Positions 39,673 through 52,830 of a DNA stretch of 64,000 nt are shown here, piece after piece. The position numbers and the translations under genes are program-made. Location: positions 12,772,001 to 12,836,000 of the forward strand of contig JAQFVV010000003.1 in NCBI GenBank assembly GCA_028023455.1, given 5' to 3'. The first letter of the stretch is position 1. The number at the start of each line of letters is the position of its first letter. The notes beneath the pieces were generated by a model. That model searched no databases. It saw only the letters and a list, made by a program, of their open reading frames with translations, and was not told where the DNA came from. The DNA comes from Epiperipatus broadwayi (Eukaryota > Animalia > Onychophora).

Positions 39673-41744
39673 ACATGTATTTGTAATAAGAACCGTCTAA
39701 TTAAACATAAACTCTTAGATATTTAAAATAGTATCGATTATAATTTTGAATGTTTATAAATATGATTAAACATTTAAAAATGATTTAAAATGTTTGTCTT
39801 GTGTATTGTTTTTTTTTTTTTTTTAATGGAATGTTCAAACTAATATATGCTTAGTGATGAAAAAGATGACAGGCTTGAAAGAAAGATGTTTTTAAAATTA
39901 AAATTTCATTTCAAATTTTTCTCAAATGTTTGGAATATTAATTATGCAGAAAATGATTGGTTAATTTAAACAATCCTTACTATACTGTGTACGGCTGTTC
40001 CTGTTCACCTATCAAATATTTAAATTATAACAAGACATAAATTCCACAGCTATGATTTGCTTGATTGACCATGAAAAGTTGTATCACTTCCTATGTCAGA
40101 AGATGTGTTTTTTAAAAATAAAAAAAAACATGAAAGTCATTCTAAATGAAAGCTAAAAAAATCAAGTCAATGATCAAAATGATTTCTTCAAATTCAGTTA
40201 AAGTGCTTAGTAAAATTTTCTTGAAATTTCCAGAGGATGTCAAAAAAAATTCTTTTTTTTTAAATTTTACATATTTATTTCTACTAGTGGAAAACAAGTA
40301 AAAAGAAAATGTACCTTTTTCCTTACATCTTTTAGACGAAATTGATAAAGTAGACAAATGGTTTAAAGGTAAAAGAATAAGAAAAAGTGTAATCTACATT
40401 GCTTACTGATATATATATATATTTACATCGTCATGACCAATAGGAAGTATATATGTATTTTCATATGTTATTTTTCAATGATTAAGAATTACATTGATTA
40501 ACAGAGAAAGAAAATCTCAAAATTTATTATAAAAATGAAGTTGAAATTAGATTTTTAAATTATTATAAAATAATCACTGAATTGAAGTTAAAATTTTTTT
40601 GAATATAATAATGTATGAATTGGGTTGGCTACTAAAAAAAAAAAAGAAATAATATTAAAATTAGATGTGCTAAAATTAAAATTATTGAAAATTAAATTAA
40701 ATAAGACACATAACATGTTTAAATACTAAATATCTACACAAAAAATGGATTGGATGTGTAATAGTAATAAAATATATTGATTATATTATTCATTGAGAAT
40801 TATTCCTATTATTAATTATTTATTAAATTGTTTAAATCACTAAACAGGTGTTTAAGTTATAAAATATTAAATAAAGCAATATGAATTGCAATATATCAGA
40901 ATTATAAGATTCATCCAGAAAACCAATTCAGAAGGGTGACAACCCACGTGTTAATAAAATAAAACTACACTAAAATAAATTTTACTAAAGATAAAAAATA
41001 ATAGTTTTATTCATATGCATATTAAAATAAATCAATGATATGATATAAAATATTTTATATAACAGCAATAATATAGATAATAATTAATTATACATAATAA
41101 AAAAAACTCTTTTCAGAAAATATTAAATTTTTACCCTTTTTAAATTGCTGAAAATAACTTTTTTGTGTATGATTATTATTATTTATATTGTTGTTATATA
41201 AAGATAGTTTATATTATATCATTGATTTATTTAAATATATATAAAGGCAGCATAATGGATTAAACTTCTTTACATTTTGATGATGTACTAAAATATATTG
41301 TCTAAATCCTACACATTAACAAGTCATTTTTGGAGAATATTTTTGAAACTTGTAAATATAGAAATTTAACTTAGGATAATTTATAGATGTGTTATTAGCA
41401 TTAAAACTGCTAAAGGATTTACATATTAAATGTTAAATGAACATTACAACGTTCTTGGCATTTGATAACAATTATTATATAGAGAATCAGTTGCAAAATT
41501 TTTATTTCTATCATCATATACATGTGTATGTTTGTGATAAAAATGACTTGAATAAACTAAATTAAATGTTGTCTACCTCATCTTTAAGTTACTATATAAA
41601 TCCACACATTGCATCCATAAATTATGAGTTTAATAATAATGCACATGTTTTTATCCTTTTTTGTAATGTAATAACCTTCTGTAGGCACGATCAATATCCA
41701 ACACCAGAAGGTGCCACTTAAGATACTCATATTACAGTTTATAA

Positions 41745-44030
41745 AATAGAAACAATAGTGAAAGATATGGATGGAGAGTGAATGATAAGAATAAGTTAGA
41801 AGAGTATAAAATACAAGTTGAAGAAACCATGGAAGAGTTGGTTGGAAATGATTATAAGGACTGGTATGATGAAATAAAAAAAGGGGCAAATAGGGTTTTA
41901 GGTAATAATATTCAGAAGAATAAAAGTAATAAAAAAATGAGAGAGAAAAGTGTAAAAGAGAGGGGAAAGCATGCAGAGAATATAAGTGTGCTATTAAAAA
42001 CAAAGAAAGTGAAAAAGATATAAATGCTAAATGGGAAAAGTACTTAGAAAAGAAGAAGTTAGCTAAAATAGATAATTATAGAGAGAGAATGAAACTGAAT
42101 AGTAAATTATTGGATGATATTAATAAAAGTGGTAGAGATGGGAGTAAAAAAAATTGGAATTACATTAAAAGGAGAAATGTAGGGGAGAGAGAGATAGTAT
42201 TACTGGATAAGGAGGGAATATAGTATAGCTCTAGGGAGAATCTTGAATAGGTATGTAATGGATGTAGAAAAGATGTTAGATGTGAAGGACAGAGGGATAG
42301 AAAATATGAAAGCATATAGTAATGGGAATATTAGGTTTACAGAAAATGAACTGAATGAGGCAGGGAAGAAATTGAGAAGTGGTAAAGCAAGAGGTTTAGG
42401 GATGGGCAGCAGAGATGGTAATGAATTTAGGGTGTAGGGCAAAAGTAAAGCTATTATGTTTTAATAAGATGGCACAGAAGAGTTTTTTTGGGTAGTTGGA
42501 GTAATACGAGAGTAAGATTATTATTTAAAAAAAAGGGTAAGGATTATAGAAAGTTAAACAATTATAGACCGATAGTGGTAACATCAGTTTTATATAAAGT
42601 TTTTTCATATATAGTGGCTAGAAGAGTGGCAAAATGGATGGAAGAAAACAATGTAGTGGGGGAAATGCAAGGAGGTTTTAGGTCAGATAGGCGTATAGGA
42701 GATAATTTATTTGTAGTTCCACAACTTATGGATATGTGTAGGAATTCAGGTAGACAGTTATATATGAGTTTTATAGATATAGAGAAGGCATATGATAGAG
42801 TAAATATAAATAGATTATGGATAAGTTTAGAAAATTTGGGAATGGATGAAGCTTTAGTGGATGTTATTACGAAATTATATGAAAATAATTACTATACATA
42901 TCAATTAGGGGATATAGAATCAGTTAAAGTTTAAAATGGGGTGGGACTAAGGCAATGATGCACTATGTCATCTATTTTGTTTTTGTTGTATTTTAGTGAA
43001 ATGGAGAGAGCAATAGAAAGACTAGGAAGATAGATATAGGTGGCAAGGAAGACAGAAGAGAAAATATGGAAGTTATGCTGAGGACATGCGCAAGGGTGAG
43101 TAAAGATATGGGGATTAAATTTAGTGAAGAAAAATCAAATATAATGTTGGTGAATACTGGAGGAGAAGACAAAGATTTCTTATTGGGGGATATAAAGTTA
43201 AGTGTGGTGAATAGATATAGTTATTTGGGAATCATCTTGAGTAATCAGAAAAATTGCTTAGATGAAGGGATCAATAAAAAAATTAACAGTGTTTTCATAT
43301 AATAAATAGGTTGGAGCTAGAATTGTATGGAAGGGAGTGACAGTAGCAGGGTTAACATATGGTAATGATGTGTTATGTGTTAGTAAAGGGGTATTAGATT
43401 ACTTAGAAAAAGTACAAAGGGAAGTAGGAAGACATGCATAAAGAATTTATGTCAGTATACTTGTACAAAAGGTGAGATGATTGTATTAGGAGAATTGTTG
43501 AGTGTTATAGTGGTAAGGAGTGGGATAGAAGAATAGATGTATTAATAAAGAATAGGGAGATGGAGAACTAGTATGGAGAGTAAAATGAGTTTAAATATAT
43601 ATAGGAGTAAACGGAACATTGGATGTGAGTTATTTTATGATAATAGTAAGGAAAGTAGTTTATTGTTTAAGGCTCAAACATGATCATTAGCGACAAGAGA
43701 ATATACACGTAAATGGAAAAATATAGGTGATTTAGTCTGCAAGTTGTGTAAGAAAGGCATAGAAAATATTAGCATCTGTTACTTCAATGTAAATGCTTGG
43801 AAGCAGAAACAGTACAAATAATGAAGTTATGGAAAAATAAATATGAACAAAGTGATTATACAGAAAGTGAGTTATTGGTTTTTATGCTGGGTTTGGGAAA
43901 AGATAAGGGGGATTTAGATATGAAGGCCATGGAGTTGACAAAGATTATGTTGTGAAAATGGGATGGAACAGATTATGGGAAAACTTAGGGTAGAGAATGG
44001 AAAGGGAAGATATTGGTGAATTTGTTAATA
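41745..44030 (+). mobile_element. Decayed purine-rich non-LTR retrotransposon (RT plus C-terminal zinc-finger remnant)
   Basis: ORF 42488-42934 contains NYRPIVVTSVLYKVF..GEMQGGFRSDRRIGDNLF..FIDIEKAYDRVN. It is followed by GIKFSEEKS..YSYLGI and a CKLC motif near 43740. Confidence 0.85.
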
Positions 44031-46030
44031 GTTCCTCCAAGTGGCTGCAATATACAAAGCACTTAGAATATTAATCTATCTAATTGCCACATTACTACTT
44101 TTGGAGGACCAGGAGTAATTGAGGTCGCAAATCAGTTACGTGGACCCAAAGAGCCTGAAAGACTACTGTACCTTGATCTAGTTAGGTGGCTGGATAATCA
44201 TTTTAGCCCAGAGCCATCAAAGTACACTGTTTGCATTCATTTTGCATAATAATGCCAGGTGAGGGGAGAAAGTTGTACAGATTTTGATACTGCCTTATGG
44301 GATTAAAAGTGTGAAATTGTGTACATGAAGAATATCTAGAGGAAGCTCTATTAGAACAATTTTTGTGGGGGGTGAGTGATGACAAGCTCCATCAACAGCT
44401 ATTGGCTATCCCAGGTCTCACATATCCTGAGGCCATAAAAAGAGGGATGACCTATGAACTAGTACTAAGGAGTTCCAACAAGTTAACCTGGAGGCTACAA
44501 AACAAACCTCAATCTGCAAAACAAGCAAAGTAGAAGAGCTACCAAACCCAAAAATTTCAATGTTATTGCTGCAGCAAAATGGAATATCGCATGTGAATGC
44601 AGGAAGATTGGGCACCTAGCTAAAGTTTTCTGGACAAAAAAATAAAATTCTAATAACAGACTGCCAGCAAATAAATATAGCAAATCAGAATGTTTACTGA
44701 AATAAGACAGTCTGCAAATAATGCTGGCAATAGAGATATGCAACAAATCTATAGAAATGGAGATAGACAGTGGAGATGGGATATCTATCATATCGCAAAG
44801 TGAATGGTCTGAGTTAATATAATAAAAAATATCAAAAACCAACCAAAATAGTGAAAACAGGGCTCAAGGTAAATGATGCAAATGGTAATTCTATTCAAAT
44901 AGTTGGGGTAGTAGAAGTTATGGTAGTCATAAATAGTTGCCAGAAAAAACTAAGTCTATATATAGTCAAGGACAAAATAGCATCCCTATTGAGTAGGGAA
45001 TTGTTTGCTCCATTACATATTAAAATCTGCATGATAAACAAAATTAATATCAAAAGACAAATAAAGGTTAAGTTCCCTAAACTGTTTACTAATAAGCAGG
45101 GAAAAATTAATACTACTGTTGTGGAAATTGAGCTTCGCAAAAACACAAAAGCAGTTCACTGCAAGCCTAGGAAGATACCACTTGATCTGAAATCATGAGT
45201 CGAAGAGGCTTTAGACAATATGGTAAAGAAAAGTGTTTTGACCCTGGTTGAAGATGCAGAATGGGTTACTCCAACATTTGTTATAACAAAAAATAGATAA
45301 ATCCATATGTGTAAGGACTATAGGCTGACTATAAACAAAAGTATTGCTAAAAGCCCATACCAGTTCCAAATGTTAGAGAAATAATAGCAGGATTGGAAAG
45401 AGTGAACTACTTCACAAAACTGGACTTAAATATCGCATCTCGTCACATCCCTATGACAAAGAAAACTGTGGCACTTCTAACTATTACAATTCACAAAGGA
45501 TTGTATAGTTATAATCATCTACCTTTCTACGTAAAAATTGCCCCAAATGCATTTCAAGCTGAAATAGACATGCTGTTGGAAGGATTGGAAAAAACACCAT
45601 ATTTTGATGACATACTAGTAACAGCTGACTCTAAAGCAGCATTACAAAGTAAATTAGAAAAAGTTTGTGAATGCTTAGAAAAAATTGGGGCAAAACTAAA
45701 TATGCAAATTAACTTTTAGACATATCATGTCATTTCAGGCACAGGAGTTAGACCTGATCCCGGAAAGATTAAAGCTATCATGAATCACCAGCACCCAAAA
45801 ATGTCAAAGAACTTCAGGCCTTCTTGGGATTGGTTAATTTTTTCAAAAACTTTTAAAGAGAAAAGCAAATGTAGCCACACCTTTGTACAAACTGCTTCAA
45901 AAAAATCAGCGATGCTGTTGGAAAGAGCCACAAGAGAGTGCTTTTCAGAAAATGAAAGCATTTCTTATGTCAAACCACTTGCTAGTGCATTACAACAATA
46001 ACCTTGTGTAGCAGTATCTTGGTTCAAATA
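44030..46030 (+). mobile_element. Decayed Ty3/gypsy gag-protease-RT relic
   Basis: gag-like EEALLEQFLWGVSDDKLHQQLL; zinc knuckle ..KIGHLAKV; protease MEIDSGDGISII; RT EWVTPT..KDYRLTINK, FTKLDL and YFDDILV. A possible LTR at 46217-46386 (TGTTA...TAACA). Confidence 0.8.
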
Positions 46031-47699
46031 TGAGTACTAAAGAAAGTAAAAGGCAATAATGAGTACAAAAGTGTTTATTGTGATTGTTATTACAAATTGA
46101 ATTAAGAGATGCAAGAAAATTTATAGATATACATTCGAACCCTGTTACAAAATAGTGTGAGTGGAATACATTAACCATTTAAAGGCATGAATGTATACAT
46201 ATATATTTATTACACATGTTATTGTGATGTTGCGTAGAATTAATTACAGATTTGTACATGAAGATGAAGAGAAGCGGTTATGTGCGGAGTTGTATTTTTA
46301 TATTTTATTTTATATATTTTGTGTTTATTAATATCGTAAGTTATAGCTATTTAAATAATGTCATTTGTAGTGCATGTTTCTTAACAAAAGCAAATTAAAA
46401 TATAAGGTTGGAGAGTAATAAAAGGAATTGAAAATTGAGCCATAGGTGATTTCTGTTAATGACACTTGTCATTGGAATTCCAAGAACTGGCCAATTTAGT
46501 ATTTTGGAACAATGGAAGCTAAAAGGATTCCTGACATATGGTCATTGGCATATGGATCGAAAAAAAAAGTGAGGTGAAAAAGAGTTAAAAAAAAAAGAAC
46601 TAAATATATATATATCTTTTGATTTGGTAGTGGTTCGGAAAAGACCATTATAGAGAAAAGCATGGAAAGTAAATTTTCATAAACTGATTTGATTAATTAA
46701 TAAAAATTAATAAGAATGGATCCCATCAAAATGCTGGGGTAGGAGAATCATGTAGATTTGTTAAACTGGCCAGTATATAGCTGTTGTGACCTGCCTACCA
46801 CGATCTTTGTCTATGGAGATTTTGCCATCTATTTCAAGCAAGTGAAGTGATCACGGAGCTCCAAACTCACCTCTAGGATAGATTATCATATGTGTAAATG
46901 ATATGGAATTTTTCATCATCTTTCAGACTGACAACTCTCTAAAACAATTGCCGTCATCATCAGCCTTTCTCTATATACATTAAGTAAACATATAATAATA
47001 AATTAAGAAATATGCACTTTGTTCCAACTTAAAGAAAGAATTATAGAAAATAGATTAAATTATTTAATAATACAACTCTGATGCATAGTTGCACTCTTTC
47101 ATGAATATGTACATTGATATTATATACATGTATCGGAATGAATGTCGTATGTTTGTGATAATATATACGTGTATTAATAAATATTAGAATTTAAGCAATA
47201 ACTTGTGTATTTATTTGAATTATGAGATTCTTATAATTTCTGGCTTATTATTTATTGTAATGGTCTAATCTGTACATTCGCACAACAAAATCCTGAGTTT
47301 TAGTAAATCATCCCAAGGCTGATCAGCATAAGGTTATTGAGACCCCAGTTTCTTTACTAATACTCAAAGATTTACTACCTTACAAATGACATATATGATT
47401 CCACAGCAATATTCTCTTTAATTGCGTGCCAGCAGTAGCACACTGGTAAAGCACAAAACTATAAGATACTGACATTTTAAACAGTATAACTATATAGATA
47501 GGTATAGCGTGGGCATAATTATCGAATATGGATGGTGATTCTTAATAACTAATAGTTAACTAATCAATAATGACTTAACAATGAGCAACATTGAAACACT
47601 AAGCAGAAGTTAAATTTAAATTAATTTAATGAAATATTTAAATCATAAAATTAATAAATGAAAATAATAATTACAATGATTATACGATTGTCTCACTCG

Positions 47700-48028
47700 C
47701 AGGTGATTAAGTTAGGGATACAATTAAATAACAACATTTAATTTTAGTTCACACGCAGGTGATGATTTTGGATATAATCATTTATGGTTTACTGAGTTAC
47801 AGGTAGTTTTGGTTTACATATATATATATGAAATTTTAAATCATTTGCAGGTGACATTAATTTTCTGCTTACAAATCAATTAATTTATTCTACTCATATA
47901 TGTATATCATTCACAGGTGATGATTTTGGATATATATATATAGCATTTCAAATCACTTGCAGGTGATTCTAGTTTTCAGGTTACAAATAATTAAATTTAC
48001 TTTGCTTACTATATATATCTCACAGGTG
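47700..48028 (+). repeat. Diverged tandem array with a conserved CAGGTG core
   Basis: CAGGTG at 47700, 47756, 47848, 47914, 47960 and 48023, and CAGGTAG at 47800, all on one strand. The flanking units are partly duplicated. Confidence 0.7.
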
Positions 48029-51000
48029 ATTGAGATTTATACATTTTAAGTTACAGTTTTCATGAGACTTATTAAGTTAATATTAGTTCAGTTTGCTCAT
48101 GATGATCTATGCCTAGTTTATGCTATTTAACAGGATCTAGATTTGCTTTAGAGCTAGCAGAAGTGATTATTACATTTACAAAGAATATTTTATTAAACGT
48201 GAATATTTAATATATTCTCTACATAGCTTATATGCCTATGAAATTAGATTCAGATCAAAACTGAAAGATACAATTATTATGGTGGGATAAACTGATGATT
48301 GGTAGTGATACCAAGGTATATAGAAAATATACAATCTGAGTCCCTGTGTCTCGAATGCGTGCCTTTTTACGGGACTTGTACCAAGTACCGGTTCCCTTGA
48401 CACCGTACCCATTGCTGTAAAATAAGAGACCTTTTTAGTTCGGATGATTGAACAACTATTTTAACTGTCTAGAGTCTCATTCTCCAGTTCTAAGGATGCA
48501 GAATGGGGTAGCACTTGCCTGATGCCCATCTGAAGAAGGTAGTTGTCCGAACTGTAAGCCCATTAGAGATACATACAGCAACAAGTATATACACTGAAGT
48601 GTTTCTTAAGGACACATTTGCACCACTGACTACATCATTATATAATAAAAATAGAATGCTAAACAATAGTTTCCTTTCATGAAACTCCCATAGATCAGTT
48701 CATTATATAGCATCTATAATTATGCTATTAAGAAAAGTTTATGAATCCAATTTATTAAGCTATCTATATAGGCATTTATATAATTCTAGGGAGGGTTATA
48801 GCATATTATGGATAATTACGATATAAAGTTATAGCTTTATGCTGTATTTTATCACTTCAACTGAATATCAATTAAATATTACATTTAAAGCAAATCTATC
48901 TTCGAATAGCCATAAGCTTTTAATTATGACATTTTATCCATTTCAGAAGGGAGTTTTGTTTGTGCATTAATAAATGCGAAATTACATATATGTGCATGAG
49001 AATATCTAATCACTTCTCACTAATGATTTAACTAAGAGTAAAACACCATTCTGAATAAATATAGCATAAACAAATACATAATTGAAAATAATAAAATTGG
49101 CATAGATTTAACTAAAAGGAAATATAAGTTTAAAGATATGATTTCACGTAAGTGAAGTCTGAAATTTGGCTTTATTTTAGCTTAGTTTAAAAGGAATTGA
49201 AATGAAATTAGCTTAACTTGATTGATTCAGTTTACTATAGATTTAACTTATTAGCTAGAATTATTAATAAAGGCAAATGTTATTGTTAGATTAAATAATG
49301 TAATATAATTTAGAAGCATAATTATCATTTAAATAATTCATTCGGAATTATATGTAATATATCAGTTATAATCAATCATTTAGAATCAATCAATTAAAGC
49401 AATTTAAAACTAATCAGTAAGTAAGTAAATTAGTAAAATCAGGTAAGATTAGGAATTCAAATAAAGAAAATAAAAATTACATTTAACTGGTAAGTTTAGA
49501 ATACATTATTATTTTGGCCATAATTATTAGATTTAGCTAGCTTTTAGGGATTAATGAATTTTAGTTAAAAAGTTAACTTTAAGTTGAGGGAGCTTTGTTG
49601 CCGCAATCTTTTCTCTGCTGGCAAGTCGGCTTCCTGTGGAGGGATTATTTTAGGTGGCATCGGCTCCTATTTCACTGCTTTCTGCATCTGGTAGACCATC
49701 ACGGGGTCTAGAAAGCAAGGGAATTGCCTTTTCTAGCCCATGATCATCTCATTACCAATTTAGATATTTTAATAAATTGAACTGCATGAATCAAGAATAA
49801 GATTCTAATCTTTCAAAGATGCTGAAGCAACTTATATACCAATTTACCCCCTTCTCCCTGTCATAGTAGTTTTAAATCTGTTTTTCTCATTACCTCGCTG
49901 CATTCTAAGAAATTTTGGAATTCCACTGTGATTGATTTTTCTACAGGTGGGTTTTTCCTTTGGTTAGCAATGTTTTTTCCTTTGGTTGACCAGGATAATT
50001 TATTCATACTTTATTTTAAAATCTATTTTTACTCTTAAATTTGTAACTAGGTCATAATACAGTGAGAAAGATTAAGTTTTATGAAGTCATCTTTTTTTAG
50101 AAAAACAAATCCAAAGATGAAAAACATTTTGTTATATATGTAATTCGATTATATAATTTAGCGATACATGCAGAAAATATAATAATTTCAAATATTAATT
50201 TTAGAATAAATATTCTAAATAAAGAAATTTCTAATGTTTTAATTCTATTAACATTATTCTTTCCCGCATATATGTAGTCTCTTGTTACACATACAAAGCA
50301 TTTTTCATTTATTTTACTACTAGAAATACATACATGTGTATTTACTGATTTTTATACTTATACTTACGTTTCTTTTACTGTATGTTCAATATATGCACAC
50401 ATACATGACTAGTACATTTAGGTTTAAAATTAACATGATTTTAGTACGATATTAACTTAATATAATTATAATATAAGAGGATTTGGGTATAAGAATAATC
50501 AGATCTAACTGTTTCATTATAAAAGCTTACAAATATTCATGAACATATATTTCTAAAAAAAATAAAATAATAAGATTCATAGGGCAGATAAGAAAATTTA
50601 TAAAATATATAAATGATGTTTCTTTGTAAAATAGTTTCAGCTTCATTCTACTGATAAACATTGTTTCCCAGATCTTGAGACTGAGCTAGTCTGGATAAGG
50701 TACCCAAAAAGGCCCACTGGAACTTTTTCTTTTGTTTTCGAGGGATATAATTCTTATTAATTGGTAAGGTCTATGCTCATAAATATACCTACTTGAATCT
50801 CAGGTAATAACCTGTTCTCACTCAAATTCTTTGAATAGGATCATGGGTAGACAGTTAAAATGGCTTCCCAATGAATGGGGCTGTGAAGGTTGGAAATTGA
50901 CAGTTAAAATGGCACTTCCCAGTGAAAGTTGGAGAATGATTTTTTTTAAAATAAAAAAAAGAGAGAGAGAAAACAGAAAGAGTTTTAAAATATATTTAAA

Positions 51001-51099
51001 AATATATTTAAATGATGGCATATTTTGTGATATATATGTATACTTACAGAAAAGTTCTCAACTAATCAGAATAGAAAATAACATTTATGATTGATAAAG

Positions 51100-52830
51100 T
51101 TTATTCAGTGAGATATATAAAGTGACATAATAAAATAGGGGTTTATGGATTTTACCAATATTTGGGATATTACAAAACAATATATTTCCATAAGGGTAGA
51201 AATGAATGGAGGAAGGTTTATCAGGTGGATCATTCAGTATACCACTGAGAGCCAGTGTGACAAATCTGGCATGTTTATTTGGAAGAATAAAAAATATACA
51301 CTAATAGAATAAATAGGTACCAAAAAAATGAAGTAAAAAAATGCAGAAAGTGCACTAGCAGAAGACGGGGGAAGAGAAAGAACTAAGTGTAATGGAGATA
51401 ATTTTAGAAAAATTAGAAAGCATAGAACTCCGAATTCAGGAAATGGACGAGAGGTTCAGAATATAGAACAGAGACTAGGGATGGAAAGCAAAAGTAGTCA
51501 ATGGAAAAGGGAGTATGAGGGAAATGAAGGTGAAAGTAAGGAAAAGGCCGGGAAGTCGAACAATAAAGAAGTAGAAGAGAGTTTAGATGAATGAGAGGGG
51601 AGTGTAAAACAGAAGTGGAAGGCTTGCAAGGCAGTACTACTTAATGTGCTGGACATGAGCACATAAGACCATAGGGTATCGTTGGAATGATGAAAGGACT
51701 GAGATCACGAAAGTGCTAGGCTTGGGGTGGAAGAAGAATGACCTTATGAAGACGTAGCATCTAGAAAAAGGTGATGATAGTTACAGACAGAGATGGCAGT
51801 ATGTATGAGCCAAAAGCTCGGCATCCATCAGACAAGCCAAAATATGGTCAAGTAAAGGGGTCATACAATTCTCGGTCACTCAAGCCCATTGCAAACCCAG
51901 AGAGGGATAAAGGATAGATAAGAGGCACTTAAGAACCCATTCAAATATACACAGATGATATTTGAAGGCTATTGCACCAGGGGGGTATGTAACAGATATC
52001 ATGCCTATCACACAACAAATTGTCCATTCAGATGCCAAACCATGGAAAACTACCAACAAACAAAAATAGGTACTCTGCTGGGGAAAACATGGATACACAA
52101 GACACTAAGCAAGACATGGATAAAAAGTCAAATAACTAGGATTGTTTCTGACCAAATAGTTGAAATACAAACCACATCAGTGGCATGCTACTGGCAGCAC
52201 ATAAACCAAGTCCGGAAAAATTGGACAGAAGTAAACTTCAACTATAATATGAAAACTTAAGATTTACCTGAGAATCATAGCTTAAAGATGGTGCAGAAGA
52301 CACTCATACAGAATTAGGGAATGAAGCAGCAGAAGATTTAGATGAAGCTAGGATAAAGTTTTCCGAAATGAACCCAACTGACAAACAGGAGGAAATTAGA
52401 CTTCACCATAAACATTGACTGCCTGCATATCTACAGGACTATATAGGTGACTCCAGAGAAGTGTGCATTTCTCAGAAATTGGGGGATAGTGCTGTGTGCT
52501 GCATGAAAATAAGCACCCAAATTTATAGAGACTTGCCCAGATCCCGAGATGATTCAAATCAGATTGAACATGTATCACCACAGACCAATAAGCATAGGGA
52601 TAGATAACAAATATCCAATGACATAAATGATCAATAGGGTAGGCTGACCACTGGATCCAAATGCTCACAGTCTGGAATGGGAATTGCATATAAAAAGGCC
52701 CACCATGTAAACTCAACATCAGAAAAATGACCTGGACTGGCCTTCATATCTAGTTAATCCTCACTGAAGGTGTAAAAGAGGGATCTAGGCAAACATAAAG
52801 GCCAACCCGGTCTATATTATTATTTGTCAG
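51100..52830 (+). mobile_element. Highly degraded non-LTR retrotransposon fragment
   Basis: GC-richer, purine-rich block with only weak LINE-like 3' peptide traces. No clean motif. Confidence 0.35.

Larger units (their letters stand above)
33740..41470 (-). pseudogene. Decayed multi-exon gene remnant, tentatively focadhesin (FOCAD)-like
   Basis: Exon-like blocks retain splice sites (37066-36981, 36892-36787, 36082-36014) but contain stops and frameshifts. Peptides in colinear order resemble human FOCAD as recalled: MELELL*NLHRKK, VHFAIALGIILTN, IFGLNLVFLAL, FGIVEGL, GLQ*YIK*LGQ. Not verified by search. Confidence 0.42.

Noticed and set aside
44203-45146. Minus-strand ORFs over the gypsy relic
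   Set aside because: Antisense shadows of the plus-strand gag-pol remnant.
47425-47445. GTGCCAGCAG resembling the conserved SSU/12S rRNA motif (possible NUMT)
   Set aside because: The match is only about 10 nt, and the flanks lack the following GCGG and other rRNA landmarks.
47700-48028. Regularly spaced short motif suggestive of a CRISPR array
   Set aside because: The conserved core is only 6-8 bp, the spacers are related to each other, the context is eukaryotic and there are no cas genes.
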